This document shows positions 53,254 to 64,000 of a stretch of 64,000 nt of DNA, in pieces (the first letter of the stretch is position 1; every line of letters starts with the position of its first letter). The translations under genes were made by a program, and so were the position numbers. The DNA is taken from positions 1,054,001 through 1,118,000 of the forward strand of contig OZ024766.1 of assembly GCA_964016885.1 (NCBI GenBank), written 5' to 3'. The notes under the pieces were generated by a model. That model was not told the origin of the DNA and searched no databases. It worked only from the letters and a program-made list of their open reading frames with translations. Origin of the DNA: Eledone cirrhosa (lineage: Eukaryota).

Positions 53254-54062
53254 GCATATATATCATCATTTAACATCCGCTTTTCCCTGCTTGCAAGGGT
53301 TGGACCTTAGTGTTTGGCAGTAGTATATATATACATATACACACAAACACACACATATATATATGTGTGTGTGTGTATGTATATATATGTATGTAGTATA
53401 TATATATATACATATACACACAAACACACACATATATGTATGTGTGTGTGTGTATATGTATATATATGTATGTAGTATATATATATATATATATATATAT
53501 TTCGACAGTTGATCGACAAGATTCCAGACCTCATTTGCTTAACGAGTGGGGTGGAGCTCGTTAAATCGGACCGAGGAAACAATGTTTCCATTGAGCTTTC
53601 CAATTGGTAAGTACTATCTGTCGGTCGCAAATCCATATATATGTGTTTGTGTGTGTTTATCCGGGCTTCAATCTGGGGTAACCACAGTAAGTAAGGTACT
53701 CAATACATAGAGTATAAATATTTTATATAGAAATGGCTCCTACAGGACTAGAACTGTTTCATTCGAAGGTAATCATATATACTCATATATATATATATAT
53801 CATCATCACCGTTTTATGTCCGTTATTCCATGCTAGCATGGGTTAGACGGGTTGTCCTGTTGTGGGCAGTGTCCAGTTGGCTGGCCTTGTCTTGCTCATA
53901 CGGGAACTAATTCTGGCCTCATTTCTACAGCTGGATGCCCTTCCTAACACCAACCTCATTTACAGTGTGGGCTGGGTTCTTTTTTGCCGTGGGGCCTACA
54001 CAACCACTTTGCAGTGGGAGGAGGTGGGGGCATATTGTTTATATGCTTCAGCTTCGGCTGGT

Positions 54063-54112
<50 letters not shown>

Positions 54113-54668
54113 GCAGGGAAAAGCGGACGTAAAATGATGATGATGATATACGGATAAAATTCTGTCATAGTGAATACCATTCACACACCAACACACACAC
54201 ACACACACACCAACACACACAAACGCACACACACACACACATCAACACACACACACACCAACACACACACACACCAACACACACACGCACCAACACACAC
54301 ACACACCAACACACACACACACACACCAACACACACACATCTTCAACACACACATCTTCACTAATGAGATGTAATCCCACACAAAGGAGATGACTCTCCT
54401 AATCACGTGCTGAGTGTAGAGGAGGGGGGGGGGGGGTTGTGGTGGTGGTCGTGGTAGTGTGGGTAGTAATGGTGTTAATGGTGGTGGTGGCAGTGGTGTT
54501 GCTGTAGTAGTGGTGGTAGTAGTGGTGGTGGTAGTAGTAGCAGTAGTAGTAATAGTAGTAGTAGTAGTAGTAGTAGCAGCAGTGGTAGTGGTATATTGAT
54601 GTGAAGGGCAGGTGAAAATTCCATGTTCAAAATGATGTTGGCAGGTGAATAGCATTGTATGTACCAAC

Positions 54669-54699
<31 letters not shown>

Positions 54700-54707
54700 T
54701 GTATATA

Positions 54708-54771
<64 letters not shown>

Positions 54772-54946
54772 GTATATATATTAATATAAATATATAGGAA
54801 AATGTTAGACCCCGACGGCAGAGCTCAAGCCGTCGAAACGGCTTGAGCTCTGCAGTCGGAGGTCTAACATTTTCTTATTACCAACTCTACTACCCTGAGT
54901 ATTGAGTATATTATGGTCCATCTGGTTCCTTACCACACTTCCTTCG

Positions 54947-55002
<56 letters not shown>

Positions 55003-55465
55003 TGTATATATATATACAGTATATATATATACAGTATATATATACAATATATATACATATAACAAATTTATATAGGAAGGGCATCAAGCCGTAGAAAACC
55101 CGCCAGACAGTCCTATACGAGCAAGACAACCAATCTTGCCTCAAGTGGGAAAATTCCCGTCCAAACCCATGCTGGTGTGGAAGATGGACGTTAAACGATG
55201 ATGATGATGATATAGGGAAACCTACAGCTTCGGAAGCATCCGATGATGTTGACCAGTTCTCCTTTTCAGGTAGTGTTTTCGATGTTCCTATAGGCCGAGT
55301 TCCTTATTGGTCGAGTGCAAGGCCTTTCCACACTTAAAACACCTTCAAAGCACCGCCATTGCTTGTTCAGGATATGTTACAGGTTTGTGTGGCTGGCCAT
55401 AGCCTAAAAGTGCACCAAACTCTATAATCTGACAAAAGATTGCAATACTCTTAGCAGAGTTTGCA

Positions 55466-55510
<45 letters not shown>

Positions 55511-55531
55511 ACATATGTAATATATATATAT

Positions 55532-55734
<203 letters not shown>

Positions 55735-55747
55735 CAATACATATGTA

Positions 55748-55781
<34 letters not shown>

Positions 55782-55933
55782 TACATATATATATATATAT
55801 ACATATGTAGTATATATATATATTAGAACAGATTAAATGTTCAAGTAAATGATCCCTCTTATAATGTAAGCAAAATATTTTTTGCTTAAACTTTTAATCT
55901 GTACTAATAAATATTTGCACTACTGGTTCATAT

Positions 55934-55995
<62 letters not shown>

Positions 55996-56634
55996 AATTC
56001 TATTTCTCGCCTTATCACAGCTGATATATATAAATTTAAGTATGCATACGTATACACAACACATATATATACATATATATATATGTGTAAATATATATGT
56101 TCCTGTCTAATATTTAACTATATATATCATCATCATCATCATCATAAGGGGTTTCATCAGCTTTTGTCTCTCAAATATTATTCACACGACAGCATAAGTC
56201 AAAGATATTTGCCCCAGTTTTGGCAGCATGAAATGGGGAATGCAATATATTTTTCGAACAGGCCCCTCTATCTAAGGTTTGGACACAACCCTTGTTAACT
56301 CGTGTGACTTTTCTATCTTTTTCTCATCATAATTCAGTACCGATGGTCTTATTTGAGCCACTCACCCATCTAGTATTTTGTCAAACCCGCAAAGACTAGG
56401 TTTATTTCGAGGCGGTGTTTACTCACCGCGTAATAGCTACGTCACTGGGTTGAGAGAGTTTTCTTGGGAGCTACAGCTGTCACCTATTGCTCCATCTTCC
56501 CTAGTAGTTTACCACTGTTGGTCCGGGGTTTCGTATTCCCCGGTGGTTGCCCACTTATGTCGCAACTTGCCATCACATCTGGTGACCGTGTATGGTTATA
56601 ATATCTCAGGGAAGAATCACTGGACAAATTTGTA

Positions 56635-57369
56635 GCTCGGAGATCAGAGAGTCACTCCAGGTAGAGCTGCTACTTCTCTGAATTGAGAGATCACAGCTCT
56701 GGTACTATGGACATGTGGTTAGAATGTCTCAGGAAAGAATCACTGGACAGATTTGAAGCTCAGAGATCAGAGAGTCACTCCAGGTAGAGCTGCTACTTCT
56801 CTGAATTGAGAGATCACAGCTCTGGTACTATGGACATGTGGTTAGAATGTCTCAGGAAAGAATCACTGGACAGATTTGAAGCTCAGAGATCAGAGAGTCA
56901 CTCCAGGTAGAGCTGCTACCTCTCTGAATTGAGAGATCACAGCTCTGGTACTATGGACATGTGGTTAGAATGTCTCAGGAAAGAATCACTGGACAGATTT
57001 GAAGCTCAGAGATCAGAGAGTCACTCCAGGTAGAGCTGCTACTTCTCTGAATTGAGAGATCACAGCTCTGATACTATGGACATGTGGTTAGAATGTCTCA
57101 GGAAAGAATCACTGGACAGATTTGAAGCTCAGAGATCAGAGAGTCACTCCAGGTAGAGCTGCTACTTCTCTGAATTGAGAGATCACAGCTCTGATACTAT
57201 GGACATGTGGTTAGAATGTCTCAGGAAAGAATCACTGGACAGATTTGAAGCTCAGAGATCAGAGAGTCACTCCAGGTAGAGCTGCTACCTCTCTGAATTG
57301 AGAGATCACAGCTCTGGTACTATGGACATGTGGTTAGAATGTCTCAGGAAAGAATCACTGGACAGATTT
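56635..57369 (+). repeat. 123-bp x6 tandem array derived from RTE coding sequence
   Basis: units start at 56635, 56758, 56881, 57004, 57127, 57250; unit translates SSEIRESLQVELLLL*IERSQLWYYGHVVRMSQERITGQI*. Confidence 0.9.
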
Positions 57370-57786
57370 TACAGACAAAACCAATGTGCAGGAGACCCAG
57401 GGGTAGACCCCGAGCAAGATGGTTGGATAACATCCATGAGCTTGGGTATCCAGCTGGATCAGTTGGAGACAGTTACGTCTGACAGGACCTGTTGGAAGGA
57501 GTATTTGAAGAAGAAGAAGAAGGGTCGGACAGAGCCAGATTTAAACCCACAACCTAAGAGTACTGAAACAAATCCTTTACCCCACAGTCATACTTAGTTA
57601 GTACAATATATTCTAGAGGATCTCGTTACACTTCATGTCCTCGTTAAAAGAGATCTTTGTCAGAGACCTAATTAATATTTGATAATCTTATTGAACTTAT
57701 TGAAAAATACTCTCTGATTCTGATTCAGATGAACCGAGAAGACCAGGGTACAGCTCAGGTATGTTAATTATTCATATATATATGTA

Positions 57787-57841
<55 letters not shown>

Positions 57842-57935
57842 TTGTGTGTGTATATATATATAAATATATGTATATATATATACATATATATATGTGTGTG
57901 TGTTTGTGTGTGTATATATATATATAAATATATGT

Positions 57936-57980
<45 letters not shown>

Positions 57981-58253
57981 CATACATACATATATATATA
58001 TACATATACACACACACCGAGGAGATGACGAAGGACCGTGACAAGTGGAGAGATGCTGTGCTGAATAGGACCCGTCCCACCCTTGCAAGCAGGGCAAAGC
58101 GGATGTATGATGATGATGATGATATATATACATATATATATACACACACACACACATATATATATATACATACATATACATAGAACGTACGTAGGTGCAT
58201 AGTTATCTAAACATGTTTTAACGCTTTTAAACTCCTTTTATTCATTTCTTTTG

Positions 58254-58314
<61 letters not shown>

Positions 58315-58392
58315 CTATACCTATATATATGTATATATATATATGTATATATACATATATATATATATGTGTGTATACCATCATCGATCATC

Positions 58393-58427
<35 letters not shown>

Positions 58428-58499
58428 CGTTAGCGTCCGAAACGCTAAAACCCTCTTCTTACCCTAGTTATTGTACTTTCCGAACACCCACCTCCGCTG

Positions 58500-58815
58500 C
58501 TAATTTGGTCACCTAGGTAGCAGAAGCTGTCTACTGTTTCTACAGAGCCCTCCCAGAGTTTGGTGGTACTTGTTTCCTGTGGCTGTTTGCTGCTTGCTGC
58601 CCCAGCACAGCTGCTGCATGTGAAGCCTACATTCTTAGTTAAGCTTCCTGAGATCTCACTACATCTCTTGTGGACCCATTGTTTGCATTTGGGGCAGAGA
58701 ATGGAGTTCCTACCTACACCTTTCCTACATACTGAGCAAGGCCATTTCTGTGAGGGGATCTGGGTTCTGTTTTCTCGTCTACTTACAAGACCTTAGTCTT
58801 TGTCAGGTTGACTTT
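58500..58815 (-). mobile_element. RTE LINE fragment
   Basis: VNLTKTK..KWPCSVCRKGVGRNSILCPKCKQWVHKRCS. Confidence 0.75.
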
Positions 58816-58819
58816 ATAT

Positions 58820-58865
<46 letters not shown>

Positions 58866-58964
58866 AAATGTTTGTATGTAAAAGGTAAACAGAAATAACA
58901 ACACAATCAGTACAGTATATGGAAGGGATATATTAGCTTAACGCTTGATATAGAAGGATGAGGG

Positions 58965-59000
58965 TCTTAACGTTTCGGACGCTAGTCCTTCATCATAAGA
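58965..59000 (-). ncRNA. minimal hammerhead motif (family A), core C3>A
   Basis: TCTT-ATGATGA-A-GGAC-TAGC-GTCC-GAAAC-GTT-AAGA. Confidence 0.65.
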
Positions 59001-59753
59001 AAGAATGAGAAATAAGAAAGATTGAAGGGACGGGTGGAGAGGGATTGGAAAAAAATGTCTTTAGATAAAAATAACATCCATTCATGTTGACATATTTAGG
59101 AAAACTGTTGGGGCTGGCGTTTTGTGTATGATTTATTTTATAGAAAAGTGGATGATGGAGCACGTCTTTCGTTGGATTTTCTAATTGGATTTTCACCCCG
59201 AAGTACACCTGAACTTCCACCAGGAAATCTTTCGTATCATTGAAATTTTCTTTGCTTCTTGCATATATATATACGGAAGACCCGCCTTCCCTACATGCAA
59301 AGTTAACCTACAGTGGGCACCTCTTAACCAAATATACATCCCAACCCACTACCCCTACTCCCCCCTCCCACCAACACCACTCCTTTCTCTGTAAAGTTAT
59401 GTTGGTACCACAACATCCAGTCCAAACTAATGAGGTTGTGTAGGTGTCATGACAATAAACAGTCCACGCTGTAATGTGGTCATGTAGGTGTCACGGTAAA
59501 AAGCTCTCAGTCCACACTGTAAATGTGGTTGGTGTTAGGAAGGGCATCCAGCCATAGAAAACCAGCCAGAAACTCTCCTATACAATCGAGACATGGCCAC
59601 CTGATCAATCTTGCCTCGAGTGGGATAATTCCCGTCTAACCCATGCTAGCGTGGAAGATAGACGTTAAACGATGATGATGATGATGATATATATATATAA
59701 TTTGTTTTGTGAGATAGGACAGACCAAAGTAGAGACACACAAAATAAAAACCT

Positions 59754-59797
59754 AGTCAATGAGGAGGTCACAGAATGTGTGACGAAAGAGCTTTGAC
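59754..59797 (+). ncRNA. hammerhead motif (family E), core C3>A
   Basis: AGTCA-ATGAGGA-G-GTCACA-GAATG-TGTGAC-GAAA-G-AG-C-TT-TGAC. Confidence 0.6.
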
Positions 59798-61129
59798 AAT
59801 CTATAAACAACCAACTGGAAATTTATAATAAAATGAAGTGAAAACCAATAGGTGCGTGTGTTTTTATTGGCAACATGACCCTCCCAAAGTATAACAATAT
59901 ATATATTGATATACAAAGCCTTTCAACCAGCCAACCAACCAACCAACCAACCAACCAACCAACCAACCAACCAACCAACTAAGCAACCAACCAACCAACC
60001 AACTAAGCAACCAACCAGCGAAACAACCAACCAAGCAAGCAACCAACCAACCAAGCAACCAACCAACCAAGCAACCAAGCAAGCAAGCAACCAACCAACC
60101 AGCCAATTCACCAATGGGGAGGGGGTCTGTGGTGAGGGGAGGGGGTCTGTGGTGAGGGGAGAGGTATGATGGTGAGAGAGGAGAGAGGGAGGAGGTAGAG
60201 AGTGGATGGAGAGGGAGATGGAGGGAAGCCATCATCAGTCAACGAGAGAGAGGTAGCGAGAGAGAGGGGTAGAGAGAGAGGCAGAAAGAAGTAGAGAGAG
60301 GTAGAGAGAGGGACAGTGAGAGAGGTAGAGAGAGAGAGAGAGGTAGAGGTAGGTAGAGAGGTAGAGAGGTAGAGGTAGGTAGAGAGGTAGAGAGAGAGGC
60401 AGAGAGAGGTAGAGAGAGGGACAGTGAGAGAGGTAGAGAGAGAGAGAGGTAGAGGTAGAGAGAGAGAGGTAGAGGGATAGTGAGAGAGGTAGAGAGAGAG
60501 AGGTAGAGAGAGAGGTAGAGAGAGAGAGAGGTAGAGAGAGAGAGAGAGAGGTAGAGAGAGAGGTAGAGAGAGAAAGGTAGAGAGTAGAGAGAGGGACACA
60601 GAGAGGTAGAGAGAGGGGAGGTAGAGAGGTAGAGGGATAGTGAGAGAGGTAGAGAGGTAGAGAGAGAGGTAGGTAGAAAGAGGGACAGTGAGAGAGGTAG
60701 AGAAAGAAGTAGAGAGAGAGAGGTAGAGAGAGGGAGAAGTAGAGAGAGGGACAGTGAGAGAGGTAGAGAGAGGTAGGTAGAAAGAGGGACAGTGAGAGAG
60801 GTAGAGAGAGAGAAGTAGAGAGAGAGAGAAGTAGAGAGAGAGAGGTAGAGAGAGGTAGAGAGAGAGAGGTAGAGAGAGAGGTAGAGAGAGGTACAGAGAG
60901 GTAGAGAGGAGGGAAGCCATCATCAGTCAACAAGATGCAGCAACTACTGTGACCTAATTTATAATAAAAGCACTGAACTACAGAGACACAGATAGAGAGA
61001 GAGAGATATACAGAGAGAGAGAGAGAGACATACAGAGAGAGAGAGAGACATACAGAGAGAGAGAGAGAGAGACATACAGAGAGAGAGAGAGAGAGAGAGA
61101 CATACACATATATATATAGAGAGAGAGAC

Positions 61130-61174
<45 letters not shown>

Positions 61175-61463
61175 TAGAGAGAGAGACATACACACATAGA
61201 GAGAGAGAGAGACATACACATATATATAGAGACATACACACATATATAGAGACATACATACACACTACATAGACACACACATATATATATAGAGACAGGC
61301 ATATATATATAGAGAGAGAGAGAGACACACACACACACATACATAGACACACTGACACACACACACACAAACATAAATACTAAGACACGCAGACAGACAC
61401 ACGAGTCCCCCCCCCTCCCGGTTCAATGGGGGAGGGAGGTAACCACAGTAAGTAAGGTACTCA

Positions 61464-61511
<48 letters not shown>

Positions 61512-61665
61512 AGGGAGTGTAACTTGGAGTTACTGTAGGTTCACCCGGGGGGTGTACTCGATGTTTAGGTTCACTTCAGTGTCGAGGCCTAGAGCTAGAC
61601 AGTGTGTATTATAGTGAAATAAGATAACAAGGACACTGGTTACTCCTTCATTACGTTTATTGGTT

Positions 61666-61750
61666 GGTGACCCACGTTTCGCCACTGATCAGCTCAAGGT
61701 TTGATCTGTATTGATCTGATCCGAGTCTGTAATCTGCGGCTCGTCAGACC
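61666..61750 (-). ncRNA. type I hammerhead motif (family H), long helix II
   Basis: GGT-CTGACGA-GCCGC..(50 nt)..GTGGC-GAAAC-GTGG-GTC-ACC; GUC triplet. Confidence 0.65.
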
Positions 61751-61942
61751 CCTTTTAATGGTAATGGAAAAAAAAATATATATATATATATATATAATAA
61801 GTTGACGGGACTAGCATGAGTTTCACTGCGAGGACCAGTTGCATCTCAGCGTACTCAATAGGTAATGTTAAGTAAACTCCCAGAGTAGACACATAGTTAT
61901 TCGCTTCAATACAACACATGTAAATTGCTACCTTCAATCTAT

Positions 61943-62055
61943 ACCCATACTCGAGTTTCGGCCACACTTAATGCAGCAACAGAGTGCACAGCATCCACTG
62001 TCTGCATTTATTATGCAACAATGCACAATCGGCGCATGTGGCTTCATCAGCGGGT
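61943..62055 (-). ncRNA. type I hammerhead motif (family I), long helix II
   Basis: ACCCG-CTGATGA-A-GCCACA..(~70 nt)..TGTGGC-C-GAAA-CTCGAG-TA-TGGGT; palindromic helix III ACTCGAGT. Confidence 0.7.
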
Positions 62056-62057
62056 TT

Positions 62058-62705
62058 GAGAAATTAGGAATAAGAAGGATCAGATGCTGTTTACCTGAGA
62101 GAAGATTATGGTCATGTGATGTGCATGAAAGATGACAGCTGCATAAAAAAAGTGCAGGATGATCAAAATTAATGGAAGTTACGGAGTAGGGAGACCCAGA
62201 AAACCTGGGACGATCTGATAAATTACGACCTTACACATTTACACCTCTCTAAGAAAATGTCACTGGACCGAGATCTTTGGCGCTACGCAGTAATACAGAA
62301 GAGACACCTGGCCTATGTACAAAGTTAACCTACAGTCAGTAGACCCCTCTTAACCAAATATACACCCAAACCCACTACCCCTACACCATCCTCCCACCAA
62401 CACCACCCTCTCTCTGTAAAGTTATGTTGGTACCACAACATCCAGTCCTAAATAAATGAGGCCGTGTAGGTGTCACAGCAAAAAAACACAGTCCACGCTA
62501 TAATGTGGAGTGTAGGTAACACGGTAAAAAGTTCCCAGTCCACACTGTAAACGTGGTTGGTGTTAGGAAGGGCATCCAGCCGTAGAAAACCTGCCAGATA
62601 AGGTCCTATACGAGCGAGACATGGTCACCCAACTTGCCTCAAATAGGACAAACTCGTCAAACCCATGCTAGCATGGAAGATACACAGTAATCGATGATGA
62701 TGATG
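62058..62705 (+). mobile_element. RTE LINE 3' end plus UTR (family of 39075-41535; UTR also at about 59280-59690)
   Basis: homologous to 40930-41535. Confidence 0.75.
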
Positions 62706-62715
62706 ATATATAAAA

Positions 62716-62757
<42 letters not shown>

Positions 62758-62771
62758 ATATATACATATAT

Positions 62772-62852
<81 letters not shown>

Positions 62853-62875
62853 CACACACACATATATATATATAT

Positions 62876-62992
<117 letters not shown>

Positions 62993-63391
62993 TATATATA
63001 TATGCACAAGCACAAACATGCACGGACGAGAAAAGGGACTTACATACACACACACCACTACGTGCACAGACACGAACTCTTAAACACCCACAACACACAC
63101 ATATATATATATGTATATATACACACATACACATATATGTATATATATGTATATATATATAGACACAGGTATACAGAGACACACAAGAGTGTATATAGAC
63201 AGAGGTATATATATAGGCACAGGTGTATATATAAATACACAGACAGGAGTGTATATATACACACAAGCGGGTAAAGTGTACTAAAGAAATATCTACCTGT
63301 TGTTTTTAATTAATTAATAATCAACGAGCATTGTTATTGAGTCTGTTGTACAACTAATTAAGCAATTAACAACTGAGTGGCTGTGTATATG

Positions 63392-63422
<31 letters not shown>

Positions 63423-63460
63423 ATATACTTACACACACATATATATATATATATATACTT

Positions 63461-63521
<61 letters not shown>

Positions 63522-63523
<2 letters not shown>

Positions 63524-63870
63524 GCAGGCAAGCTAACAGATAGGGAAAACTATATATGCAGTAGATGTACAGAGAAATTTGACAGTAGAAGTCGCAGTGA
63601 TAGACACAGTTTTCAAATGCAGGTGGATTCTATAGAAGTGGTTGATAGCTTCCAGTACCTAGGTGATCAGATTAGCAGGAGACCATGGTGCTCCGAGGCC
63701 ATAGCATCTAGAATAAGAATGAGTTGGAAGAAGTTTAGGAGACTGCTTCCTCTGCTGACAAAGAAGGGTTTCTCCCTGCGTACGAAAGGCCGGTTATATG
63801 ATGCCTGTGTGAGGAGCACGATGCTGCATGGTAGTGAGACATGGGCAGCAACTGCAGAGGATATTTATTC
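63522..63870 (+). mobile_element. RTE LINE fragment
   Basis: VDSFQYLGD..WKKFRRLLPLL..MLHGSETW. Confidence 0.85.
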
Positions 63871-64000
63871 TCTAGCTCCTCTACTGATTCTGCTATAAGA
63901 ACCAGATCATCAGCATAGAGAAATTCCCATGGGCATCCAGTGTGTTGTATGACATAGATGATAACTGATATATATATATATATATATCAGTTATATATAT

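Noticed and set aside
56421-56590. Minus-strand first exon with a gtgagt donor in a CpG-richer island
   Set aside because: No open frame and no supporting acceptor or promoter evidence; too speculative.

Overview
Repeat-rich, AT-rich animal genomic DNA, probably from an octopod cephalopod (inferred from the SINE/RTE repertoire and the huge (TA)n/(CA)n load; not provable from sequence alone). The only well-supported host gene is on the minus strand. It encodes a multi-exon AMPK-related/CAMK-group Ser/Thr kinase most similar to HUNK. Eight phase-consistent GT-AG exons lie between 31447 and 6790 and cover kinase subdomains V-XI, a UBA-like segment and a basic tail. The N-lobe exons and the last exon were not confidently found. 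The rest is microsatellite, minisatellite, RTE and Tx1/L1 LINE remnants, tRNA-derived SINEs and MITEs. Almost all ORFs in the supplied track are simple-repeat artefacts. The main unexplained signal is about 15 type I hammerhead-ribozyme motifs, from at least 7-8 unrelated short element families. They abut (TA)n arrays, often carry a palindromic helix III and a fold-back inverted duplication, and occur alongside two Penelope-like GIY-YIG C-terminal remnants. I interpret this as a diverse set of ribozyme-bearing, TA-targeting Penelope-like/retrozyme-like elements inside and upstream of the kinase gene. All structures were folded by eye; no activity or database match has been tested.
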